Origin: Candidatus Omnitrophota bacterium
GTDB lineage: Bacteria; Omnitrophota; Gorgyraeia; Gygaellales; Profunditerraquicolaceae
Reading direction: 5' to 3'
NCBI GenBank assembly: GCA_023227985.1
Contig: JALOCB010000002.1
Span: forward strand, 10,956-74,955
DNA: 64,000 nt
The notes beneath the pieces were generated by a model. The model searched no databases, had not been told where the DNA came from, and saw only the letters and a program-made list of their open reading frames with translations. Made by a program: the position numbers and the translations under genes. Of this stretch, positions 19,853-28,320 are shown in pieces. Position 1 is the stretch's first letter; each line of letters opens with the position of its first letter.

Positions 19853-19904
19853 ATCATATCCGGATAACGGAATACGCGTTTTTAATTTTAATTAGGGAGG
19901 GATA

Positions 19905-22900
19905 ATGTATTTTAAAAGATTAGAGATCGTAGGGTTCAAATCGTTTATGGATAAGACTGTTTTGAATTTTGAGCCCGGGGTGACCGCGGTGGTCGGCCCG
20001 AACGGCTGCGGAAAATCCAATATCTTCGACAGCATACGCTGGGTGCTGGGAGAGCAGTCTGCCAAATCCCTGCGCGGCTCGGCGATGGAAGACGTGATCT
20101 TCAACGGTACGGATACCAAGCCGGCGCTGGGTATGGCTGAGGTCAGCCTGACCTTTGACAATGAGCAGCGGCATTTTAATGTGGACCAGGATGAGGTGGT
20201 CATCACCCGCAGGATCTTCCGTTCCGGGGAAAGCGAATACCTGCTGAATAAAAATCTGGGCAGGTTGAAGGATATCCAGGACCTTCTTTTAGGCACGGGT
20301 ATCGGCGCGGAGAGCTATTCCATTATCGCCCAGGGAAAGATCGACCTGATCTTGAGCTCGCGCCCGGAAGACCGGCGCATGGTTTTTGATGAGGCGTCGG
20401 GGATCACCAGGTATAAATCCCAGAAAAGAGAGGCCTTGCGCAGGCTGGAAGAGACCGAACAAAATCTGCTCAGGCTTAATGATATTATAGTGGAAGTAAA
20501 ACGCTCTATCGGCTACCTGGAGAGGCAGGCGAACAAGGCCCGCAGGTTCCAGATCTGTTTTGATGAATTGAAAGCCAAGGAGATAAAGCTGGCCCTGGCG
20601 CAGAAGAAGAATTTGATACAAGAGATCTCCGGGATCACTATATATCTGGACAGCCTGCGTAACAGGGAAGAGGCGTTATTGGCCCAGATAAAAGCGGACG
20701 AGAACAACATTGGCCAGCGCAATATGGAATTGAAGGGGCTGGAGGCGGATCTCGCCAATATGAAGAACGCGATCATGAATTCCGAGAACCTCATCGAGCG
20801 CAACCGGCAGCATACCTCTTTTAACCACGAGCGGATCAAAGAGCTGGGCAATACCAAGACCTATCTTGAATCCCAGATACTGCAGACCCGGGAGCGCGTG
20901 GTTAAGGACGAGGAGAAGCTTAAAGGCCTCAAGGAAGAGCAGGAAGCCATCCGCAAGAGTTTTGAGGAGAAATCTCTGATCTTAAAGACCCATGAAGACA
21001 AGCTTAATGATCTGGTTGGCGGCATAAAGAGGTCTCATGACATTATCGCCCAGGACAAAAAGAACATTATGGACCTGGCTAATATGACCACCCAGGTGAA
21101 GAACGAGCTTACTGATTTTGCTTCCCGGGAACAGGTTTTTATCGCCAGGCAGAAAAGGCTGGACCTGGAAAAGGCCAAGATCGCCGAGGAAAGATCCCAG
21201 GTGGAGGGCAATCTCACGGAATTGGATAAAGAGTTGATGGCCGGCGAAAGCCTGCACCAGGAGCTTTGCGCCAGGATCGCGGCGGCCAAGGCTGAGCTGG
21301 ACGCGGAAACCCTGAAATTAAAACAGGCGGAAGAGGAATTAGAGACCCTGGAAAGGCAGAAGACCGGGCTTATATCGCAGAAGGAATTCTTGGAGAAGCT
21401 GAAGAGCCAGTACGAGGATATCAGCGAATCGATGAACGCGACGATCTATCTGGATAAGCTCCCGGCTGAGACTATCACCGGGCTGGTGGTAAAGCTTAAA
21501 GCCGTGCAGGGCGGCCCTGACCCGGTGAATAACGATCTGTCCGCCCAGGGATACAAAATGTCCGGCGAGGCCAAGCCTATCGACCTGGACGCGCAGAGGG
21601 TTAATGATAAGATTAAGGAGATCGAGGAAAAGATTTTAGGGTTGGCCGGGACTAAACTCCTTCTGGAAACCCGGATCAAGGAATTGACTGCTTCCAACCA
21701 GGCGCTCGATCAGCAGGAGCAGGACCAGGAAATGGCCCTGGCTAACAAGAAGACCGTGCACCACACGATCCTCGAGCAATTCAATAAGATCAAGGAAGAA
21801 GAGGAGCTTATTGCTTTGGAGCTGTCCGATGTCCTGGCGGAATTGAAGAGCCTGGAAGAAAAGATACTGGGACTTAAGGCCAGATTGGCCGGGTTGGAAA
21901 ATAAAGACCGGGAGTTGGAGGCTTCTATACACGCGGAGCAGGAAAGCATCAGCCATAATTCGCGGATAAAAGAAGAAGTCCTGGTGGAGATGACCCAGGT
22001 CAAGACCGTATTGGAGAATCTCGGCCAGCGCCTGAATTCCGAAGATGAAACTTTAAAGGCTTTGGAAGACGCCTGCCGCCAGGGTAACGAGGATATACAT
22101 AACCAGGAGAACAAGATCAAGGAAACTGTTTCCCGGCAGCAGGGTCTGGAAGAGGAGATTAAGAACCTGGACTCGGAGAATCTGGTGCTGGTAAAAGAAA
22201 TAGACGCTCAACGCAATACCCTTTCCGAAGCCGATAAGAAATACGCGGCGATGTCGGAGAGCGTGAACGGCATAATCTCCCGGATCGACGCCAAAAGAAA
22301 CGACCATGAGATATTAAAAGAGAATATTTATTCGGAACAGATGCGCCAGAAAGACATAGAGTTCAAATACCAGACCATAAAAGATAGGATGAACTCGGCA
22401 TATAAGATAGACCTGGACAGGCCGGAGACGATCAGTGCCGCGGATAGCGCTCTGCAAGTTGTGCCTGTTGAGCAAGCCCCTGTTTCCGCGGCTGCGCCGG
22501 AGGATAATAGCCGGGATCAGGCAGATGTCGTTTTTCCTGTTGTCACAGACCCGGTATTATTGTTAACCGGGCCGTCAGCGCCGCAGGAACCGGTAGAGGA
22601 AGAGGTGATTGATGAGGGGCTGTTGTCCGAGGAGATCGAAAAACTTAAAGAGCGCATTGATTCCTACGGCACGGTCAACCTGGTGGCTATAGCCGAATAC
22701 GATGAATTAAAGAAGCGTTATGATTTTCTGAATCAGCAGCAGGCTGATCTTGCCGGGGCTAAGGAATCGTTGCAGGAAGCGATCCGCAAGATCAACCATA
22801 CCACCAAGAAAATGTTTATGGAGACGTTCGAGAAAGTGCGCGAGGAATTCCGCAATTATTTCAAGATGCTCTTTAACGGGGGGGACGCGCAGGTTTACCT

Positions 22901-23303
22901 GATCGATGAGAATGATCCGCTGGAATCCGGCATAGAGTTGGTCTGCCGGCCTCCGGGGAAGAAGCTGCAGAATGTCCTGCTGCTTTCCGGCGGCGAAAAA
23001 TCGCTTTCGGCTATCGCGCTGATCTTCGCCATATTCAAGGTCAAGCCCGCGCCTTTCTGCATCCTTGACGAGATCGACGCCGCGCTGGATGAGTCCAACG
23101 TGGACCGCTTCAGCAGGATGTTCTCGGAATTCACCGGGACCTCGCAGTTCATAGTGATAACTCATAATAAAAGGACGATCGCCAATGCCAATGTAATGTA
23201 CGGTATTACTATGCAGGAATCCGGCGTGTCCAAGATAGTATCGGTTAAGTTCGCGGAATCAAAAACAAAGAGTGAACCCGCGCCCCAGCCAGTCGCCGCT
23301 TAG
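19905..23303 (+). CDS. smc: chromosome segregation protein SMC
   Basis: 1132 aa; N-terminal Walker A GPNGCGKSN, long coiled coils, hinge, C-terminal LSGGEKSL signature and Walker B ILDEIDAALD. Confidence 0.92.
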   Translation: MYFKRLEIVGFKSFMDKTVLNFEPGVTAVVGPNGCGKSNIFDSIRWVLGEQSAKSLRGSAMEDVIFNGTDTKPALGMAEVSLTFDNEQRHFNVDQDEVVITRRIFRSGESEYLLNKNLGRLKDIQDLLLGTGIGAESYSIIAQGKIDLILSSRPEDRRMVFDEASGITRYKSQKREALRRLEETEQNLLRLNDIIVEVKRSIGYLERQANKARRFQICFDELKAKEIKLALAQKKNLIQEISGITIYLDSLRNREEALLAQIKADENNIGQRNMELKGLEADLANMKNAIMNSENLIERNRQHTSFNHERIKELGNTKTYLESQILQTRERVVKDEEKLKGLKEEQEAIRKSFEEKSLILKTHEDKLNDLVGGIKRSHDIIAQDKKNIMDLANMTTQVKNELTDFASREQVFIARQKRLDLEKAKIAEERSQVEGNLTELDKELMAGESLHQELCARIAAAKAELDAETLKLKQAEEELETLERQKTGLISQKEFLEKLKSQYEDISESMNATIYLDKLPAETITGLVVKLKAVQGGPDPVNNDLSAQGYKMSGEAKPIDLDAQRVNDKIKEIEEKILGLAGTKLLLETRIKELTASNQALDQQEQDQEMALANKKTVHHTILEQFNKIKEEEELIALELSDVLAELKSLEEKILGLKARLAGLENKDRELEASIHAEQESISHNSRIKEEVLVEMTQVKTVLENLGQRLNSEDETLKALEDACRQGNEDIHNQENKIKETVSRQQGLEEEIKNLDSENLVLVKEIDAQRNTLSEADKKYAAMSESVNGIISRIDAKRNDHEILKENIYSEQMRQKDIEFKYQTIKDRMNSAYKIDLDRPETISAADSALQVVPVEQAPVSAAAPEDNSRDQADVVFPVVTDPVLLLTGPSAPQEPVEEEVIDEGLLSEEIEKLKERIDSYGTVNLVAIAEYDELKKRYDFLNQQQADLAGAKESLQEAIRKINHTTKKMFMETFEKVREEFRNYFKMLFNGGDAQVYLIDENDPLESGIELVCRPPGKKLQNVLLLSGGEKSLSAIALIFAIFKVKPAPFCILDEIDAALDESNVDRFSRMFSEFTGTSQFIVITHNKRTIANANVMYGITMQESGVSKIVSVKFAESKTKSEPAPQPVAA

Positions 23304-23304
23304 T

Positions 23305-23459
23305 AGGGGACGGTTCCTGCGATCATTATTCATTGCGGCGTAATAAGTTGCAATAAGGCATTTGTCAAGTCCGCAGGAAATGATTTACAATAAATTTGTC
23401 AATAGGCTTGTTGTAATTCGTTGGAGGGTAGTTAGTTAGAGCAAGAGGAACCGTCCCCT
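23305..23459 (+). repeat. family C element: 155 bp bounded by 14-15 bp TIR (T)AGGGGACGGTTCCT / AGGAACCGTCCCCT, between smc and the convergent GGDEF gene
   Basis: Perfect inverted repeat seen directly; internal near-direct repeat TTGCAATAAGGCATTTGTCAA / TTACAATAAATTTGTCAAT. Confidence 0.7.
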
Positions 23460-23464
23460 TTGTT

Positions 23465-24664
23465 TTAGCCGCAGGTGTTGTTCTTGCCTTTTTTCTTCGC
23501 TTCGTAGAGCGCTTTGTCTGAATAAGATCCGAGTTCCGCGGCAGTGTTGCCGTTCTCCGGGAATGTGGCCAGCCCAAGGCTGGTAGTGATGGTCTTTTGG
23601 GGAAGGTTCTCCTGATGGATGAAGGGGTGCTTGGCGATATTCTCCCTGAACCTCTCGGCGATCATAAACGCCTCTTTTTTATCGGTATAAGGCAGGATGA
23701 TCGCGAATTCTTCTCCGCCATAACGGCAGACATAATCCATTTTTCTGGATTGATTCTTGAGCAGGTTGGCCATTTCTTTGAGGATATGATCGCCGGCCTG
23801 GTGGCCGAAGGTGTCGTTGTATACCTTGAAATCGTCGATATCCAGCATAAGCAGGCTGAACTGGGTGGATGTGGCTTTGCTTTTTTCCACTTCCACGCCC
23901 AGCAGGTATTGGAAGTACCCGTGGTTCCAAAGGTTGGTCAGGGAGTCCAGGTGCACCCGGATAACGGTCTTTTCATATAACTGGGAATTTTCGATAGCCA
24001 GGCCTGCCTGGTTGGCGAGCATTCGCAGCATCCGCAGCTCGTCTTTGCCGATAGGTTTATGGGTGATGAAATTATCCGCCATAATGATACCGTTGACCTT
24101 GTCTTTGGCTTTCAGCGGGACCAGGACCACTTCGTCGGACTTAAGGATCTGTATGACCGGGTCATTCCGGTAGTTCTGAATGGTCTCCTGGGTCAGGTGC
24201 AAAGGCATTCCTTCCGTCACGCATAAAGAAAGAAGGTTGTTTTTTTGTTCGCTTAACGGCATTTTGATCAACTGGACCTGTTGGCTAAAACCGGATTTTG
24301 GGGTATTATCCGATACCTTGTAGGCGTTGATCAGGTCTTCCATATCCATTTTTTCCTGTTCGACATAGTTCCAGACCCGGTTGGCTTCTTCCCCTGATTC
24401 CGGGCCGATCGCGGTTTTTCCCTCAATGATATTTTCTTTTTCGTTGACCAGGAAGAGGACCGCCCGGTTGAATCCCAGGCCGATGTGTGCGGTTACCCCG
24501 GTAAGGATGATGTAAAGGATCTCATCCAGTTTGAGGGTGGTGCGCATAGCGTTGGAGATCTCGTAAAGGATCGTCAGCTCGGATTTTGTGCGTTCCAATT
24601 CCTGCTTTATTTTGGCTAATTCGTCCATTGGTTTAAATTTAACACAATTTTGCCTGGCTGTCAA
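23465..24664 (-). CDS. diguanylate cyclase, coiled-coil + GAF + GGDEF domains
   Basis: 399 aa; GGEEF active site (RYGGEEFAI), upstream GAF-like region; only sizeable minus-strand gene in the window. Confidence 0.85.
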   Translation of the reverse strand: MTARQNCVKFKPMDELAKIKQELERTKSELTILYEISNAMRTTLKLDEILYIILTGVTAHIGLGFNRAVLFLVNEKENIIEGKTAIGPESGEEANRVWNYVEQEKMDMEDLINAYKVSDNTPKSGFSQQVQLIKMPLSEQKNNLLSLCVTEGMPLHLTQETIQNYRNDPVIQILKSDEVVLVPLKAKDKVNGIIMADNFITHKPIGKDELRMLRMLANQAGLAIENSQLYEKTVIRVHLDSLTNLWNHGYFQYLLGVEVEKSKATSTQFSLLMLDIDDFKVYNDTFGHQAGDHILKEMANLLKNQSRKMDYVCRYGGEEFAIILPYTDKKEAFMIAERFRENIAKHPFIHQENLPQKTITTSLGLATFPENGNTAAELGSYSDKALYEAKKKGKNNTCG

Positions 24665-24689
24665 CCTAAGCTGAAATATGTTAGAAATC

Positions 24690-24982
24690 CCGGTAAATTA
24701 CGTCTATTATATATAGAGAACCAATCCAATTGGAGGCATTGGAATGCAGGATTATCGGCACCCAACCTAAATCATCCGCCATATAAGAATGGCGGGTGTG
24801 TCGCTATTTACGCCAGGAAAGGTTGGTGTCGCAACCGTATGTTAAACCCGATCTTATTGGCGCCTGCCATTTTTGGATATGGCAGCATACGCTTTTGCGT
24901 TAATAGATCGGTGTTGCATCCGTATATTACACCCGATCTTATTGGATAGATCGGTGTTGCATCCGTATGCAAGGGGGGGGGT
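24690..24982 (+). repeat. cluster of family A palindromic units in the divergent GGDEF/recA intergenic region, ending in TGCATCCGTATGCAAGG + G9 tract
   Basis: CCGCCATATAAGAATGGCGG palindrome; two copies of AGATCGGTGTTGCATCCGTAT and CACCCGATCTTATTGG; G-homopolymer 24973-24981. Confidence 0.6.
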
Positions 24983-24992
24983 GATTATTTGT

Positions 24993-25021
24993 TTGACAGC
25001 CAGACGGCTGTGGGATATAAT
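24993..25021 (+). promoter_or_regulatory. recA promoter, exact consensus TTGACA-17-TATAAT, with palindrome CAGCCAGACGGCTG in the spacer (candidate operator)
   Basis: TTGACA 24993-24998, TATAAT 25016-25021; inverted repeat CAGCC-agac-GGCTG between them. Confidence 0.7.
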
Positions 25022-25068
25022 ATTTTCTCTAAAACTATATAAAATACGCTACGTAAATGGAGGCAGGA

Positions 25069-26127
25069 ATGGCAAAAGACCCGAAATCCGGCACTAAAGA
25101 TGAAGAAGCTGTTTTGAATGATAAAAAGGAGCTTTCCGACCGTCAAAAAGCCCTGGAATTGGCGCTTTCGCATATTGAAAAGCAGTTTGGCAAAGGCTCG
25201 ATAATGAAATTAGGCGGTAAGATCAAGATTGATGTCGAGGTCATTCCCACCGGCGCGCTTACTTTGGATTCCGCTTTGGGCGTAGGCGGTTTTCCCCGGG
25301 GCAGGGTCATTGAAATATTCGGCCCCGAGGCCTCAGGTAAAACTACTCTTACTTTGACCGCCATAAGGGAGATCCAGAAAAAAGGCGGGGTCGCCGCTTT
25401 TATTGACGCGGAACACGCCTTTGATTCTACTTACGCTAAAAAAATAGGCCTGAACCTGGATGACCTGCTTATTTCACAGCCGGATACCGGTGAGCAGGCT
25501 TTAGAGATCACCGAGACCCTGGTCCGTTCCAACGCGGTTGACCTGGTCGTGGTTGATTCAGTCGCGGCTTTGACGCCCCGGGCTGAGATCGAAGGTGAAA
25601 TGGGCGATTCGCATATGGGCCTGCAGGCCAGGCTTATGTCCCAGGCTATGCGTAAATTGACCAGCGCGATCAGCAAATCCCGGACCAGCGTTATCTTTAT
25701 CAATCAGATCCGCGAGAAGATCGGGGTGATGTTCGGCAATCCCGAAACTACTCCCGGCGGCAGGGCTTTGAAATTCTATTGTTCGGTCAGGCTGGATGTG
25801 CGCAGGATCGCTTCGCTTAAGGCCGCGGATAATACGGTTTTTGGCGGCAGGGTCAGGGTTAAAGTGGTCAAGAATAAAGTCGCTCCGCCGTTCAGAGAGG
25901 CGGAGTTCGATATACTGCATGATGAAGGAATTTCCAAGGCGGGAAGCGTAATCGACGCCGGTCTGAAATTAGAGTTACTGCAGAAATCCGGGACATGGAT
26001 ATCTTTCCAGGACCAGAAGCTCGGCCAGGGCAGGGACGCTGCGGTTAAGACTTTGAAGGAACAGCCGAAACTGCAGGACAGCATTGAGAAAGAGATCAGG
26101 AAGAAGATCACCGCGGGATTGGGATAA
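25069..26127 (+). CDS. recA: recombinase RecA
   Basis: Walker [11 protein letters not shown]1/L2 loops; start set at ATG 25069 with GGAGG SD (the ORF-track start at 25057 is 4 codons further upstream). Confidence 0.95.
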   Translation: MAKDPKSGTKDEEAVLNDKKELSDRQKALELALSHIEKQFGKGSIMKLGGKIKIDVEVIPTGALTLDSALGVGGFPRGRVIEIFGPEASGKTTLTLTAIREIQKKGGVAAFIDAEHAFDSTYAKKIGLNLDDLLISQPDTGEQALEITETLVRSNAVDLVVVDSVAALTPRAEIEGEMGDSHMGLQARLMSQAMRKLTSAISKSRTSVIFINQIREKIGVMFGNPETTPGGRALKFYCSVRLDVRRIASLKAADNTVFGGRVRVKVVKNKVAPPFREAEFDILHDEGISKAGSVIDAGLKLELLQKSGTWISFQDQKLGQGRDAAVKTLKEQPKLQDSIEKEIRKKITAGLG

Positions 26128-26175
26128 GGGAAGGGTGTTGTGTAACTTGTTGCCACCCTGCGCAGATCGGTTTTG

Positions 26176-26297
26176 CGCCGGTGTTGACTAGGTAGTCACA
26201 CCCAATTTGATTGGTAAGGTTGGTGTTGGGCAAGTAATGCACACCCGGCGCCAATGGGAATTGCGCCGGTGTTGCATTCGTATGCAAGGAGGGTTGG
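26176..26297 (+). repeat. family A palindromic units ending in TGCATTCGTATGCA hairpin + AGGAGGgttGGAGG SD directly upstream of htrA
   Basis: CACACCCGGCGC-caatgggaatt-GCGCCGGTGTTG then GCATtcgtATGCAAGGAGGG, ATG 26301; additional ACACCCAA...TTGGTGTTG unit upstream. Confidence 0.65.
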
Positions 26298-26300
26298 AGG

Positions 26301-27854
26301 ATGAAAGCGAAGAGGTTGGGATGGGCTTTAATGACTTTATCTGTTGGTCTGGTCATCGGGTTGTGCATTGCCGCGGGGTTGAACATGCCGCAAAAGGCGC
26401 ACAGCCAGGCTGCGAAGCAGGATCGGGTCGTTAGCCTGCAGCCGCAGACAGTCCCTTCTTTGGATGGTTCGCGCATGGAAGACGCAATCATTAACGTCGC
26501 CGGCACAGTCGGCAAGGCTGTGGTCTCCATAACGGCGGAGCACATTACTAAGTTCCCCGGGACGACCAGAAGGTTTTATTTCCGCAGCCCGGAGGGCGGC
26601 GATAAACCATCTTTCGGAGAGGATGACCCTTTCAGCAAGTTCTTCGACGAATTTTTCGGTGAGATGCCGGAAAGGGAATACCGCCAGGCCGGTGTTGGGT
26701 CAGGGGTGATCGTCGATCACCGCGGATATATCCTGACCAATCAGCATGTTATCGCCGACGCGGACAAGCTTAGCATAGTCCTTCCTGACGGCCGGGAATT
26801 CAAAGGTGAGGTAACCGGGCAGGACAGCCGTTCAGACCTGGCGATCGTCAAGATCGACGCGGCTAATTTGCCTGTAGCTGTTATGGGGGATTCCGACAGC
26901 CTCAGGATCGGGCAATGGGTAGTAGCTATCGGAAATCCTTTTGGTTTTTCGATGCAGAATCCCGAGCCCACTGTGACTACCGGCGTGATCAGCGCCCTGC
27001 ACCGGACCTTGGGCAGGACTTTGTCCCGCAGCCGGGATTATAATGACCTTATTCAGACCGACGCGGCGATAAACCCGGGTAATTCCGGTGGCCCGTTGGT
27101 CAATCTTAAAGGCGAGATTGTGGGGATCAACGTCGCCATATTTTCCACCTCCGGCGGCAGCCAGGGCATAGGTTTTGCCATACCTTCAAATAACGCCAAA
27201 CGGATCGTCTCCCTGTTGATCGAAGGCAAGAAGGTGAAGTACGGGTGGCTGGGCATCGCGGTGCAGGATCTGACCGAAGACCTGGTTAAATATTTTAAAT
27301 TGGCCGACAAGAACGGCGCTATGGCGATCAAGGTGCTCAAGGGCAGCCCCGCGGAAAAGGCCGGGATAAAGGCCAATGACGTGATCCGGCAGTTCGACAA
27401 TACGCGGATCAATACGGTCAAAGAGCTGTTAAGCGCGGTGAATAAGGCGGAAGTGGGTAAGAAGGTCAAGGTTGCCTTGATCCGCGATAAAAAAGATATG
27501 ACCCTGGATATTATCGTTGAAGAGCGGCCTGCGGATCAGGATGACGCTGAGCCGGGAACCGCCGAACAGGTTAAGCCGGGAAGCTGGAGAGGCATGGATA
27601 TCGCCGAGCTTGATTCCGCTTCCGGCAAAAGGTTTAGGTTAAGGGACAGCGAAGGCGTGGTAGTTACGAATGTCGAGCCGAACAGCCCGGCGGATGACGC
27701 GGGGATCGTACCCGGGGATGTTATCCTGGAAGTTAATGAACAGCCGGTGAGCAACAGCGCCGATTTTAAGAAGGCGGTCCAGGGGCTGAAAGGCGCGGTG
27801 TTGGTTTCCTTGAACCGCGGCTACTTGATCATCAAAGAAAAAAGTGAGAAATAG
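26301..27854 (+). CDS. htrA: periplasmic serine endoprotease DegP/HtrA (trypsin domain + 2 PDZ)
   Basis: 517 aa; N-terminal membrane anchor, catalytic His/Asp/Ser (GNSGGPL), two PDZ domains. Confidence 0.85.
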   Translation: MKAKRLGWALMTLSVGLVIGLCIAAGLNMPQKAHSQAAKQDRVVSLQPQTVPSLDGSRMEDAIINVAGTVGKAVVSITAEHITKFPGTTRRFYFRSPEGGDKPSFGEDDPFSKFFDEFFGEMPEREYRQAGVGSGVIVDHRGYILTNQHVIADADKLSIVLPDGREFKGEVTGQDSRSDLAIVKIDAANLPVAVMGDSDSLRIGQWVVAIGNPFGFSMQNPEPTVTTGVISALHRTLGRTLSRSRDYNDLIQTDAAINPGNSGGPLVNLKGEIVGINVAIFSTSGGSQGIGFAIPSNNAKRIVSLLIEGKKVKYGWLGIAVQDLTEDLVKYFKLADKNGAMAIKVLKGSPAEKAGIKANDVIRQFDNTRINTVKELLSAVNKAEVGKKVKVALIRDKKDMTLDIIVEERPADQDDAEPGTAEQVKPGSWRGMDIAELDSASGKRFRLRDSEGVVVTNVEPNSPADDAGIVPGDVILEVNEQPVSNSADFKKAVQGLKGAVLVSLNRGYLIIKEKSEK

Positions 27855-28320
27855 CCGGGACCCGGAAAGCCAGGAGCAGGCCAGGGAATACGCGTTCTTT
27901 CTGCTAAAGTTTCGGCTGCGCACGGAAAAAGAGCTTTACCAGAGGCTGAAGAGAAAGAGCTTTTCCGAGGGCTGCGTAAATAAGACCCTGGAGTTCTTAA
28001 AGGCAAAGAGATTTATAGACGACCGTTTGTTCGCCAAGGCCTGGGTGGAAAGCAGGCTGAAAAAACCGTTGGGATTGCGAAGGCTGGCGGCGGAATTGAA
28101 GATAAAAGGCGTGGCCGAGGAGATCATCAACAGCCGGCTAAATGAAGCGAAAAAAGGTTATTCCGAAGAAGATGTAGTAAAAGAGATAATCAGGCAAAAA
28201 CAGGAAAAGACAAGAGGCATCGATCCTCTGAAGGCAAAAAAACGCATTTATTCTTATCTGTTGCGTAGGGGTTTCTCGCCGGAAGTAGTAATCGATAGCA
28301 TCTCCCGACTAAAAATATGA
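27844..28320 (+). CDS. recX: recombination regulator RecX
   Basis: 158 aa three-repeat helical protein; conserved position immediately upstream of alaS. Confidence 0.75.
   Translation: MRNSRDPESQEQAREYAFFLLKFRLRTEKELYQRLKRKSFSEGCVNKTLEFLKAKRFIDDRLFAKAWVESRLKKPLGLRRLAAELKIKGVAEEIINSRLNEAKKGYSEEDVVKEIIRQKQEKTRGIDPLKAKKRIYSYLLRRGFSPEVVIDSISRLKI

Noticed and set aside
20289-23165. Numerous 84-152 aa minus-strand ORFs across smc
   Set aside because: These are artefacts of the long coiled-coil coding region, with repetitive low-complexity codons on the antisense strand.
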